Shown here in pieces: positions 29,686 to 39,480 of a stretch of DNA of 64,000 bases. The position numbers were made by a program, and so were the translations under genes. Where the stretch lies: NCBI GenBank assembly GCA_963742335.1, contig CAVULL010000013.1:15297-79296 (forward strand), written 5' to 3'. The stretch comes from an uncultured Verrucomicrobiae bacterium. Lineage in GTDB: Bacteria > Verrucomicrobiota > Verrucomicrobiia > Chthoniobacterales > JAFAMB01. The notes under the pieces were generated by a model. The model was not told the DNA's origin. It worked only from the letters and a program-made list of their open reading frames with translations, and ran no database searches. The number at the start of each line of letters is the position of its first letter. The stretch's first letter is position 1.

Positions 29686-30707
29686 TTGGTTTGGGCAGGG
29701 TGGATAACCTCGAATATCCCATTGTCGCCGAAGAACTTTGATTGGGCGTCAGCCCAGTCTTTGGCTACCAGGGTTATCGGGAAAAGTTCGATATACGGCA
29801 GCCGATCCTGATACTTTTTTAAAACCGCCTGACTGACAGGTCTATAGCCATTTCGGGCAAAGATTTCCTGCGCAGGTTCAGTGAACAGATACCCCAGGTA
29901 GGCCTTGGCCGCAGATTCCGATTTGTGCTTTGCTACATTCGCATCAACCCAGGCAACGCTTGGCTCGGCCAGGATACTTACCGGAGGATAAATAAGTTCA
30001 AGTTCCCCTTTGGATTCCGCCACTTCCCGGAGCGCCTCATTCTCCCAGGTCAGATGCACGTCACCTTCTTTGGCCAATGCGAACGTCGTTGAGGACTCGC
30101 GAGCTCCCTGACCAAGGAGTGGTACATGTTGGTAGAGCTTCGTGACAAAGTCGCGCGCTTGATCTTCGCTTCCGCCTCGATAAATCACCGACCCCCAGGC
30201 GGCCAGGAGGCTCAGCTTACCATTGCCCGAGGTCCTGGGATCCGGTGTGACCACGGTGACCTCAGGCTTGATCAGATCCGGCCAATCTTTGATTCCAATC
30301 GGATTGGTCTTCCGGACCACAAAAACAATCGTAGACGAATAAGGCTGTGAATTGTGCGGGAACCGGCTTTTCCAATTGCCGGCGATGAGCCCGCGTTTAG
30401 ACAGGAGTTCGATATCCGAGGGCAAGGCCAGCGTTACGACGTCCGCCGGCAGGCCCTCGGCAACCGCCCGGGCCTGGCGAGAAGACCCGCCGTGAGATTG
30501 CTCAATGCTCAAGCGTTCCCCGGATTCAGCCTCGTACCCCGCGAGGAATTTGGTATTGATCTCATTGTATACCTCGCGAGTGGGGTCATAGGAAACATTA
30601 AGAAGGGGATTGATCTTGTTTCCCTGGTAGTTCTTGAACGCCACCAGACCTACCGCGATGGCCGCCAGTCCAAGAGCAAACGTATTAAGCCATTTCGTTG
30701 TCCTCAT
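29682..30707 (-). CDS. sulfate/thiosulfate ABC-type substrate-binding protein (Sbp/CysP-like)
   Basis: NVSYDPTREVY...SHGGSSRQARAVAEGLPADVVTLALPSDI...TSGNGKLSLLAAWG is the canonical Sbp signature. N-terminal signal anchor. Confidence 0.85.
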   Translation of the reverse strand: MRTTKWLNTFALGLAAIAVGLVAFKNYQGNKINPLLNVSYDPTREVYNEINTKFLAGYEAESGERLSIEQSHGGSSRQARAVAEGLPADVVTLALPSDIELLSKRGLIAGNWKSRFPHNSQPYSSTIVFVVRKTNPIGIKDWPDLIKPEVTVVTPDPRTSGNGKLSLLAAWGSVIYRGGSEDQARDFVTKLYQHVPLLGQGARESSTTFALAKEGDVHLTWENEALREVAESKGELELIYPPVSILAEPSVAWVDANVAKHKSESAAKAYLGYLFTEPAQEIFARNGYRPVSQAVLKKYQDRLPYIELFPITLVAKDWADAQSKFFGDNGIFEVIHPAQTK

Positions 30708-31019
30708 GATCGGGGGATTTCCTTCAAAAGGAAAATTAAATGACGCCGCGAGGCCGGGTTGCCTTTCGGAAGATGAAGACCGCCCGCCGGAATTTGCAGG
30801 AAAAAGGGACTAAATGATGCTGTTGACATCCTTCAATAAAACACGATATCTCTACTCGCTTAGTAGGAGAATACCAGTCCTTTTTCCATCTGGAGCGAAT
30901 ATTAATTCTGGAAGGGTCAGCGACAAGAGGAGCCGAGGTGAGTTTGTCTCTCTGTCGCTCGGTCAAGGCTGGCCGTTGAGTGCTCTCGACTGTTTAAAAA
31001 ATTTAAATCGATTATCTAC

Positions 31020-32477
31020 ATGGCCGCTTTCGTGCAACCACCTGAAACCTCACAAAATCTCAAGAAAGACTATCTCTCGTACTCGGAGGTAATCGCCCAA
31101 TCGATTTCCGTCATTGCTCCCTCTACTGTTCCGGCAGCGATTCTGGGCTTAATCTTTGTCAGTGCCGGCAACGGTACATGGCTTAGCTTTCTCCTCGCCA
31201 CCATCGGGCTGCTCTTTGTCTGTTTTAACATCAACCAGTTTGCCCGGCGCTCGGCCTCTCCGGGTTCACTTTATACCTATATCGTCAAGGGGCTCGGGCC
31301 AATCGCAGGCGTTCTCAGCGGATGGGGATTGCTGCTTGGCTACATGGTCACGGGAATGTCAACGCTCTGCGGATTTGCGATTTTTGGTCGGATGTTGCTC
31401 GCACCGCTTGGGATCCATTTAGACGTTCTGGAGTTGTTTGCTCTGTGCGTCATCGTGTCTTATGGCGTCGCCTGGAGAGATATTAAGCTTTCGGCGAAGA
31501 TGATGCTGATCTTTGAGGGCGTCTCGATATTTTTTATCCTGGGCTTGGGGATAATTATCTGGATGCGCAAAGGTTTCGCCGTCGATGTGGCTCAATTAAC
31601 GCTTAAAGGCGCTACGCCGGGCGGCGTCATCACCGGGATCGTCCTCGCCGTCTTTGGCTTTTCCGGTTTTGAGAGTTCCACCGCTCTGGGGGACGAGGCG
31701 AAGGACCCTCTACGAACAATTCCGCGATCGCTCCTTCAGAGCACAGCTCTATCGGGAGTTTTTTTTCTCTTCATGGCTTACGTGATCGTTCTGGGCTTTA
31801 AAAACTCCGGAGTCGACCTTGGCAAGAGCGAGGCACCGCTCGCCATTCTTGCGCCGCAGACCGGCCTGGGTTTTCTGGGCACCCTGATTAATATCGGTGC
31901 ACTTCTAAGTTTTTTTTCCTGCACCCTTGCCTGCATCAATTCGACTTCCAGGATAATTTTTTCGATGGCGCGCCACGGTCTCTTCCACGATGCCTTCGGC
32001 GAAGCGCATGAGACAAACAAAACGCCCCATTTAGCTGTGGCCCTCTCTGCCTTAATTACGTTTCTCGTTCCTGCTGGAGTTTATCTTTCCGGGATCAATG
32101 CTTTTGATGCCCAGGGCTATTTTGGCACGCTCTGCAGCTTCGGTTTTTTGCTGGTCTACGTTCTGGTTTCGATTGCCGCGCCAATGTATCTTCGCACTCT
32201 AGGCAAGCTCCATCTAGCCCACCTATTCTACTCGCTGGCAGGAGTCGGTTTTATGCTCCTCCCTATTTTTGGCATGATTGGAATTCCTGGAAGCACTTTG
32301 TTTCCTCCCCCCTCCTTCCCTAACAATTTGCTGATCTGGATCTTCGTTGCTTATATGGCTGTCGGGTTTGTCTGGCTTTTGATCCAGAAAGCACGCTCTC
32401 CGAAGATGCTTCCGAAGATGAAGAGCTCGATGGATGAAATTGACCTGAAATTCGAAGACGTGGAGCACTTTTCCTAG
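31020..32477 (+). CDS. APC-superfamily amino acid/polyamine permease
   Basis: About 12 TMs. FSGFESSTALGDEAKDPLRTIPRS is the typical APC motif. Confidence 0.85.
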   Translation: MAAFVQPPETSQNLKKDYLSYSEVIAQSISVIAPSTVPAAILGLIFVSAGNGTWLSFLLATIGLLFVCFNINQFARRSASPGSLYTYIVKGLGPIAGVLSGWGLLLGYMVTGMSTLCGFAIFGRMLLAPLGIHLDVLELFALCVIVSYGVAWRDIKLSAKMMLIFEGVSIFFILGLGIIIWMRKGFAVDVAQLTLKGATPGGVITGIVLAVFGFSGFESSTALGDEAKDPLRTIPRSLLQSTALSGVFFLFMAYVIVLGFKNSGVDLGKSEAPLAILAPQTGLGFLGTLINIGALLSFFSCTLACINSTSRIIFSMARHGLFHDAFGEAHETNKTPHLAVALSALITFLVPAGVYLSGINAFDAQGYFGTLCSFGFLLVYVLVSIAAPMYLRTLGKLHLAHLFYSLAGVGFMLLPIFGMIGIPGSTLFPPPSFPNNLLIWIFVAYMAVGFVWLLIQKARSPKMLPKMKSSMDEIDLKFEDVEHFS

Positions 32478-32570
32478 TGCATCGCCTCCTTCCTCGCGCC
32501 CCCTTGAAGACTAGCAACGACGACGAGCAACGACTAACAATAGAGAGATCATCCCGAAAGCTGTCGGCTA

Positions 32571-33131
32571 AGGTAGGCGAACCGTCCCGGCCGCACCCTG
32601 AAGCCCCTTCAGGGGCGCTTCGCAAGGCACACGTTGGTTCAATGTACGAAGGTAACCCAGGGTGCAACGTAGCGAAAAGCAAGGCCGGCCGCCCTGAAGC
32701 CCCGGCTATGAACCGTTTTGAGCGGCTGAGCTATCTGGGCCCTTCGGGCCCTGCAGTTTGGACATCGAAGGGGGTCACTGCTTAAAGATCCCGCGGGACT
32801 TGCCCCTCGTTTAGTTGGGGAATGATTTATGCCCCGAAGGGGCTTCAGGACTCAGCCCAGGGTTTCAACCCTGGGAATTTGAAAATAAACGATTCGCCCT
32901 GAAGGGGCGAGAGGCTAGCAGATGAATCTCGCACCTATCGTTGCGCAAAATAGAGTGCGCAATTGAGAGGTGCTACAATTGGACTTTATTGCCGCGTTGT
33001 TATGTTCGATCTGCCGCCCCTTCAGTTTCAGGGCGAGGGCCCTTCGGGCCGTAGGATGACCGGCGCTAAACACGTACCAGGCTTCAGCCTGGGTTTTGGA
33101 ATTTAATTAAACGCCTCCAGCCGTGAAGGCG
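32571..33131. repeat. cluster of at least 8 short GC-rich stem-loops plus one REP-like half-site
   Basis: Examples: gggccc-ttc-gggccc (32737), gcccc-gaa-ggggc (32831), cccaggg-tttcaa-ccctggg (32856), cgccc-tgaa-ggggcg (32895), ccaggc-ttca-gcctgg (33077). Confidence 0.65.
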
Positions 33132-33204
33132 CTTCCGAAAAGCACCCGACCCCGGCAATTAACATCCCAAACACTCCTTCACTTCGCGCCATTCGGGGCT
33201 GCGA

Positions 33205-35871
33205 TCAAATTCTCCCACGGGTCGTTATTTCTGCACGCCGATCCGAGAAGCTACCGATGGGTGGTAGATACTCTATAATCCTATCTTTCTCCGCCTGGGC
33301 TTCGGCGACTTTGCGAAGGGGGAGAAGACCGTTAATGAGGGCGAAGACGGCGCCAATCTGGTTGAAGACCATCGAGTGCATGACGCCGAAGCCGGCCAGA
33401 AACGCCCCGCTGACGCAGATGATATTGGGAACGATTATCAGACCCCAACTCCGGTCGACATTGCGCTGAAGATCGTGTGAGATATCACGCAGGCTCAAGA
33501 GCTTGGTCAAGCTCTCTTCCATGAAAACGACCTGGGCGGTGTCGGTGGCGATCGTGGAAGCGCCGCGCAAGGAAATGGAAACGTTGGCTTTTTTCAGAGC
33601 GATTGAATCATTGATACCATCTCCAACGAAGCAGACCGTTCTGCCTTCTTTTTGCAAAAGTTCTACGTATTTGGCCTTATCCTGCGGGAGGACTTCCGCA
33701 AAGTAGCGGTCCATTCCTAATTTCCTGGCCAGCGTCCGAGTGGGACGATCGTGATCGCCTGAGATAATCGCCAGATGCTGAGCGCCGCGTTCCCGCAGTC
33801 CGTGGATAACAGCCATCGCTTCGGGCCGAGTCGCGGCGCACAGCTCGATCGCGCCCCCCAGCGCCCCGTCGACCGCTACCAAAATCAGGGAATTACCCTC
33901 TTCGTGGACATTTTCCATTTCGTGGTCGAGCTCAACCGGCAACGAGATGTTTTCGTGCTTCATGAACCGCGCGCTACCGACTCGGATGGTGTGACCGGCG
34001 ACATGGACGGTGATCCCGTAACCCACGTGATATTGTGACTCGTCCGTCCTGGCCATTGGGAGCCCAAGGGATTGGAATTTGGCCAGAATTGCTTTGGCGA
34101 TCGGATGGCTGAACTTGTCTTCCGCGGCGGCAGCCCATTGCAAGATTTGCAGTTCGGAGTGCGAGCCGAAGGTCAAGATGCGGCCTACTTCCGGCTGTTC
34201 TCGCGTGAGCGTCCCGGTTTTGTCGAAGAGAAACGTATCGACCTTCCGCATTAATTCCAACGCCCTTCCGTCCTTAACGAGAATGCCGTGCTGCGCGCAG
34301 AGGGTCAATGAAGTTAGCATGCCAAGCGGAGCCGCCATACGAATCCCGGTCCCCAAGTCGCAGTTAATGATGGCGGTGGCGCCGTTTAGACCGATGGTGC
34401 TGAGCCCCAAACTGGCCAGAGCCAGCGTCGGTATCACCGCTTTGTCGGCCAGTTCTTCGCCGTGCGATTGGGAGCGGAGTTTGTAACCGGCGGTGTCATT
34501 CAGAATCCGGGTCAGTTTGGCAGATGTGGTTTCGCTGCCCGTGGATGTCACCGCGACCTGGATTTTGCCGGCCAGCATAATGGTTGCCGCGAAAACCTTA
34601 TCGCCCTTAATCTTCTCCGCAGGCGCAGATTCACCGGTGAGAGCGTGCTGGTCGATCATCGCCATGCCGTCCACGATCTCCCCGTCCACAGGAATAGTCT
34701 CTCCGGTATGGACAATGATGATGTCATTGAGTTTTAGCCTCTCGAGCGGGATTTCAATCTCGATGCCTTCGCGATAGAGCCAGACGAACCGTGGCTGTTT
34801 GCCAAAGACGCTGAGAAGCATCTTTTTTGAATCGTCTTCGGTCTTCTTTAAGAGCTTGCGACCGAAACTCAGGCACCATGCCAGAACGGCGCCGGCAAAG
34901 ATCTGGCCGGTGCCGAGGCAAGTAATAACGACGATCGAATCGAGAACGTCGACTCCAAGTCGCTTCTCTTTAAAAAGTACTTTGTGGGCGCTTTTGAAAC
35001 TGGGAACGACTGAGTAAATGAAGACTCCCGCGCTGATGGGAAGAAATACCGGAGCGAGGAATTGGCTGGCCGCCGCCAAGCCGAGCGATGCGGTGGCCAG
35101 CGCGAAATCAAGATCGGTGGGAGTTGTTCCAAGTTGTTCCGATTTATGAAGTACCTCATCGAGAATTTCAACCAGTTGATGCTTTTGAATTTGCCGGTGA
35201 TTGTAATAAACCAGGACGCTCGCCGTCAGATCATTGGTGTGGTAGCTATCGACTCCAGGAACGCTCATCAATTCTCGCTCGATCGCCTGGCATAAGTCGC
35301 GTTTGCGGTGTAAGGCGACGTTTTGGAAGCGAATGCGTCCTTCAGTCTCGTGTTTGATTGACCAGGTCGAGAGAACCGTTCCATGTCGATAAACTCGGAC
35401 CACATTCTTTTTCAAATCGCGCAGGATATTGGGAAAAGACAGCGGCGATTGGCTAATCGAAGAATCGCCGTTTTGTGAAAAGAGGCGTGACATCTTTCCG
35501 ACGAATTCGCGTAGCGAAGTTTCAGCAGTGCGGATTGAGATTTCTGCGCGTTGCTTGCGACCGTCGATTTTCACGGATTTTACCTCAGAAGCGAGGAAGG
35601 CCCGTTCCATGAATTGGCGGGAGAATAAGCTGTGAGCATTAGAAAAAAGGGCAGCACTATGGATCTGAACGCGGCCAGATCCTGGAAAGGAAATTTGAAT
35701 ATCCCGAACTGGCGAAAGCGGAACGATCGGTTGGTGGCCGTTGAGCGCCACCGTTCGGATAGGCTGTCGCTTGGATCGGCGTGAGGCAGGGGCAACAGAA
35801 TCTTCGGAATTGATAGTCTTCGCCAGCACAAAAGCGGGAGAGGAAAGGGCAGATGTTTTTAGACGTAACAT
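33205..35871 (-). CDS. P1B-like P-type ATPase, catalytic motifs intact, non-canonical transport site (paralog P1)
   Basis: TGES (34627-34638), DKTGT (34210-34224), SHP, ISGD and GDGIND (33607-33624). The TM-site CPC is replaced by NCD. Two N-terminal HMA-like domains lack CxxC. Confidence 0.9.
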   Translation of the reverse strand: MLRLKTSALSSPAFVLAKTINSEDSVAPASRRSKRQPIRTVALNGHQPIVPLSPVRDIQISFPGSGRVQIHSAALFSNAHSLFSRQFMERAFLASEVKSVKIDGRKQRAEISIRTAETSLREFVGKMSRLFSQNGDSSISQSPLSFPNILRDLKKNVVRVYRHGTVLSTWSIKHETEGRIRFQNVALHRKRDLCQAIERELMSVPGVDSYHTNDLTASVLVYYNHRQIQKHQLVEILDEVLHKSEQLGTTPTDLDFALATASLGLAAASQFLAPVFLPISAGVFIYSVVPSFKSAHKVLFKEKRLGVDVLDSIVVITCLGTGQIFAGAVLAWCLSFGRKLLKKTEDDSKKMLLSVFGKQPRFVWLYREGIEIEIPLERLKLNDIIIVHTGETIPVDGEIVDGMAMIDQHALTGESAPAEKIKGDKVFAATIMLAGKIQVAVTSTGSETTSAKLTRILNDTAGYKLRSQSHGEELADKAVIPTLALASLGLSTIGLNGATAIINCDLGTGIRMAAPLGMLTSLTLCAQHGILVKDGRALELMRKVDTFLFDKTGTLTREQPEVGRILTFGSHSELQILQWAAAAEDKFSHPIAKAILAKFQSLGLPMARTDESQYHVGYGITVHVAGHTIRVGSARFMKHENISLPVELDHEMENVHEEGNSLILVAVDGALGGAIELCAATRPEAMAVIHGLRERGAQHLAIISGDHDRPTRTLARKLGMDRYFAEVLPQDKAKYVELLQKEGRTVCFVGDGINDSIALKKANVSISLRGASTIATDTAQVVFMEESLTKLLSLRDISHDLQRNVDRSWGLIIVPNIICVSGAFLAGFGVMHSMVFNQIGAVFALINGLLPLRKVAEAQAEKDRIIEYLPPIGSFSDRRAEITTRGRI

Positions 35872-35880
35872 TACGGCGGT

Positions 35881-36306
35881 TCAGGAACGAGGTTTCGGTG
35901 AGGAACGCTTCGATTTCTTGGACGAAACAGGCACCGCGGAACTCTTGCTCAGTTCATCCTTGGTCGCTTTGCGGGTTCCGCGCCGCGTGGCGCGTTCAGG
36001 CGCGCTTTGTTCCTGGCTTTCGCGGATTGCAGCGCGGGAGTGAGCTTTTCTTTCTGCGAGCCGATCTTCAAAAGCCTCTTTGTGCTCATGAATAGCTTGA
36101 GCCGCAGCGGAGTACAGATCGTCAAGTTTTTCGCGGCTCACTCGTATCCATGAAGAAAGTCTTCCGCGCAGATTTGGCCACCGCTTGTCGATTCCGCGCT
36201 GCAAACGAGCTCCTATTTCCGGACCGAAGACCATTGAACCGGAGTCGGTCTTTTTTTGGGGCTTCCTTTTCTTTTTTGAACCGCGGGTTGGAACTTTGGA
36301 AGACAT
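35881..36306 (-). CDS. small basic helical protein (S1), 141 aa
   Basis: ATG at 36306. Stop lies 10 nt before the P1 start. N- and C-terminal K/R/S tails (SKKKRKPQKK; SSKKSKRSSPKPRS). Confidence 0.5.
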   Translation of the reverse strand: MSSKVPTRGSKKKRKPQKKTDSGSMVFGPEIGARLQRGIDKRWPNLRGRLSSWIRVSREKLDDLYSAAAQAIHEHKEAFEDRLAERKAHSRAAIRESQEQSAPERATRRGTRKATKDELSKSSAVPVSSKKSKRSSPKPRS

Positions 36307-36402
36307 TGGGATTGACCTTAGAGAAACCGAAACGGGAGCATGGAACGAAGAAGATGATTTCTTCCGTTCCCGGCTGGCCGTCGGAGACGCTTCCTTGACA
36401 TC

Positions 36403-36549
36403 GCAGCAAAATAGAAAGCCTACTAAAAGAGTCAAGTTTTTCGTCGCTGCGCGGGAGGCCTATGAGCGATACTTTTCAGATCCTCGAACCAGTTATCACT
36501 AAATGGCCGCTACATCTTGACTTTGTAAGTAGCCTTTTTATTTTGCTGC
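36403..36549. promoter_or_regulatory. long-range inverted repeat in the divergent S1-P1 / P2 intergenic region
   Basis: gcagcaaaatagaaagcctact (36403-36424) against agtagcctttttattttgctgc (36528-36549), 20/22 complementary. A nested agtcaagt / tcttgact pair lies inside. Confidence 0.35.
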
Positions 36550-36624
36550 CAGATCGGGCGAGTGGTTGAGAATTCGCTGCGAACTAGCTGGTTTAACGAA
36601 ATACCACCCAAGGGTTAGCGCACG

Positions 36625-39393
36625 ATGTCCGTTAAAGTTCCGACCAAACGCAGATCCAAAAAGAGGCCAACGCTGGTCGCGGGGGCGCCGTTATTGAATC
36701 TCGAGGCTGTGGAGGAGCAATTTCAACCCCCGGCGGTATTTCCAAGGACTCGGATTGCCGGTGAGCACGACGGCGTAGCCATCTGGAGCGACGAGTTGTT
36801 TAGAGATCCCGTCACTCAATATCTTCGACAGTTTCTGTCGCGGGTCTTCATGCTGGAGGAGATATCGGCCGTTGAAATCGATCGCCGGGCCGGAGTAGGG
36901 CGCCTCAAATATGGATCGTCGGAGGACGCGCCTTCGATCTGGCGTGAGCTCAAGAGGGTGCTCACCCAGTCCACGAAAACTTATCTCGACCGTGAGGATG
37001 AAATTCGAAGTGAGTACCAGGCCACCGCCTCTGGAGTCGATCTATTGTACCTGGATGGACCACCAGCGCTGCCAATCCGGGTCGGTCGTGTCGGTTCTTC
37101 CCTCTCGACCTGGTACTTGCGCCTGCAGACTGAAGACCGCGTGCGACTCGCCCATCCTGTTCTGCGTAACCGCAAGGATGTCGCCTATCGGCTCGAAGAA
37201 GAGTTGACCGCCATCCTGGGTGTGCGCGCCTGCAGAACGAACATCTTGGCGTCCAGCGTGATCGTCCATTTCAATCCGCGCCGTCTCAATGTGGATCGAT
37301 TGATTCGCCACTTGGAAAATGCGTTACCCCGTTTGCTGAATGGCTTGGAGGGTCCGCCTCCAAGTCGACGGTTTTTCGCTTCTTCCACTTTGATCACGAC
37401 TTCTTTTGTCGCCCAGTTTTTTGTGCCGGCATTGCTTCCTTTTGCCGTGGCAGGAGTTGCCATCTATGGATTTTCAAATGTCCTCAGTGCTCTGAAATTG
37501 CTGGCTCACGGAAAGATTGGGCTCCCGGTTTTGTACACTGGAACGCTGACCTTTACTCTTTTAAGCGGTTTGCCCTTTTCAGCGTCGATGATGGCTCTTC
37601 TCATGCAATTGTGGCCTCGGTGGGCCTATCAGACGATGACCAAGAGCCAACGCCGCCTGTTTGCCACCCACCGACAGCGGGCGACTTGGGCGCGGCTTGT
37701 GCATGCCGACGGATTGGAGTTGGAAGTAGATATCGAAAGGCTGAAGGTGGGTGATACCATAGCGGTTCACGAAGGGGAAATTGTGCCGGTCGACGGGATC
37801 ATTTCAGCGGGTCTGGCGGCTGTCGACCAAGAGGCCCTGACCGGCAGGGCCGGTGCGTTGGATAAAGCGCCCGGCGACAGGGTGTACGCTTCCACGTTCT
37901 TGCGGGCCGGGCGAATCATGGTCAGGGTCAGCAAGTTGGGCACTGATACCCTGACTGGCTATATCGGTGAGCAATTGCCGCATGGGCGTATCTCACGTCT
38001 GCCTTCTTCCGCTGAGGCCGATGAAATTGCCAATCGAATGGTAGCTCCGGCTCTTGCTATTTCAGGTCTGAATCTGTTGCTTACGGGAATGGTATTGCCC
38101 TCACAGGCTACCATCCGCCCTGATTATGCCACCGGACCCCGCCTCAGCGCGCAGCTTGCAGCGCTCTATGCCCTCAGCGATGCGTTGCGCCGGGGCATTC
38201 TATTTCGCGATCCTGCCGCGATCGACCGGTTGCCGGCGACCGACATTTATGTCTTAGATGATTCGTCGGCGCTGACGCGCGGACGAATCGAAGTAGGAGA
38301 AGTGATTGCGGATGTGGACGTGCCGGCGAACATCGTTCTAAGTTACGCCGCCTCGGCTTTTCCAGCCTTTCAGAACGAGCGCGCTCGAGCCCTGCTCGAG
38401 CGATGCGCCAAGGATCGTGCGCCGCTTTTGGAAATCAGCGATCGTGCCCGGCAGGCAGGGTTGATTCGTTACCGTGACGATCGCGATCAATTGGTGGAGG
38501 TGGCTACTCCTGCCTATGTCGCCGCCAGCGGGGTTGAAATCCCTGCGGCGGTGGAGTCTGCCATCGCGAATTCGCCGACCGCATGGGCCCATCAGGGCGG
38601 TGGAGACGATCCGGAAGGAATTCCCCATGACGATCCAACGATGCGCCCTCTTTGGGTGTCGGTGAACGGCATCGTTTTGGGCGCCGTGACATTCCACCGA
38701 AAGGGCGAACCCGAAGCGACTGAAGTGATCGCGACCCTTCGAGCACGTAATCCGCGGGCCAGCTTTCTCTATATCTCGAGCAAACCTCAGTCTGAAGCTG
38801 AAGAAATAGGCCACAGAATCGGCGTCTTGACCTGCATCGGCGATCTCGACACCGAGGGCAAGGTTCGTATCCTGGAAAATCTCGGAAGGCGCACCATGTG
38901 GATTGGCAATGGTAGTTCGCCGGAAGCGCTCCCGTGTATTGCAGCTAGCACGGTCAGTATCTCGGTGGCGGGATCGCAAACTGTGCCTCATGATGCGGCA
39001 GACGTCATCCTGTTGCTTCCCAGCCTGCGCGGACTTGTCCCGCTGAGGCGCATCGGCCGGCTGCACCGCGCCTTGCTCAAGGATGGGTATCGGTCGGTGT
39101 TTGTGCTGAATCTGTTCTGCGTCGCCGGTGCCTTTCTGGGCGGGTTCGACACCTTGATTGTGGGGCTCACCACGAATTTCGGCACGGGTTACGTCTACAG
39201 AAATCATTTAAAACGGCTGAATGAGCTGATCTCTCGAATGGAGTCAAAAATGGCCACTGAACTCGGTCCGGAATCCGAAGAGCATGACCCGGAGGAGGGG
39301 ACTTCCGACGACGGCGCCCACGAGGTAGAAGAACACGAAGACTACAGCGAGCACGACCTCGATGCGGAGACTCCGCACGAACGGCCAGTGTAG
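36625..39393 (+). CDS. P-type ATPase-like protein with degenerate catalytic motifs (paralog P2)
   Basis: Same architecture as P1, but TGES is TGRA (37840-37851), DKTGT is DDSSA (38257-38271), SEHP is SAFP, TGD is ISS, and GDGxND is GNGSSP (38905-38922). Acidic C-terminal tail. Confidence 0.85.
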   Translation: MSVKVPTKRRSKKRPTLVAGAPLLNLEAVEEQFQPPAVFPRTRIAGEHDGVAIWSDELFRDPVTQYLRQFLSRVFMLEEISAVEIDRRAGVGRLKYGSSEDAPSIWRELKRVLTQSTKTYLDREDEIRSEYQATASGVDLLYLDGPPALPIRVGRVGSSLSTWYLRLQTEDRVRLAHPVLRNRKDVAYRLEEELTAILGVRACRTNILASSVIVHFNPRRLNVDRLIRHLENALPRLLNGLEGPPPSRRFFASSTLITTSFVAQFFVPALLPFAVAGVAIYGFSNVLSALKLLAHGKIGLPVLYTGTLTFTLLSGLPFSASMMALLMQLWPRWAYQTMTKSQRRLFATHRQRATWARLVHADGLELEVDIERLKVGDTIAVHEGEIVPVDGIISAGLAAVDQEALTGRAGALDKAPGDRVYASTFLRAGRIMVRVSKLGTDTLTGYIGEQLPHGRISRLPSSAEADEIANRMVAPALAISGLNLLLTGMVLPSQATIRPDYATGPRLSAQLAALYALSDALRRGILFRDPAAIDRLPATDIYVLDDSSALTRGRIEVGEVIADVDVPANIVLSYAASAFPAFQNERARALLERCAKDRAPLLEISDRARQAGLIRYRDDRDQLVEVATPAYVAASGVEIPAAVESAIANSPTAWAHQGGGDDPEGIPHDDPTMRPLWVSVNGIVLGAVTFHRKGEPEATEVIATLRARNPRASFLYISSKPQSEAEEIGHRIGVLTCIGDLDTEGKVRILENLGRRTMWIGNGSSPEALPCIAASTVSISVAGSQTVPHDAADVILLLPSLRGLVPLRRIGRLHRALLKDGYRSVFVLNLFCVAGAFLGGFDTLIVGLTTNFGTGYVYRNHLKRLNELISRMESKMATELGPESEEHDPEEGTSDDGAHEVEEHEDYSEHDLDAETPHERPV

Positions 39394-39480
39394 AGGGAAC
39401 CGATCGGCGTGAGCGAAAGCGGGTCAAGGGGGATTTCGGGCGGCTCGCTGACGAATCCTACACCCCTGCGGCGGTGGGGA

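Noticed and set aside
38338-39207. 289-aa minus-strand ORF inside the P2 ATPase-like gene. Similar long antisense ORFs lie at 46871-47755, 45779-46747, 28832-29488, 24184-24777, 50033-50620 and 16282-16839.
   Set aside because: They are Arg/Gly/Ser/Pro-rich shadow frames opposite genes with clear family motifs, which is typical of antisense ORFs in GC-rich DNA.
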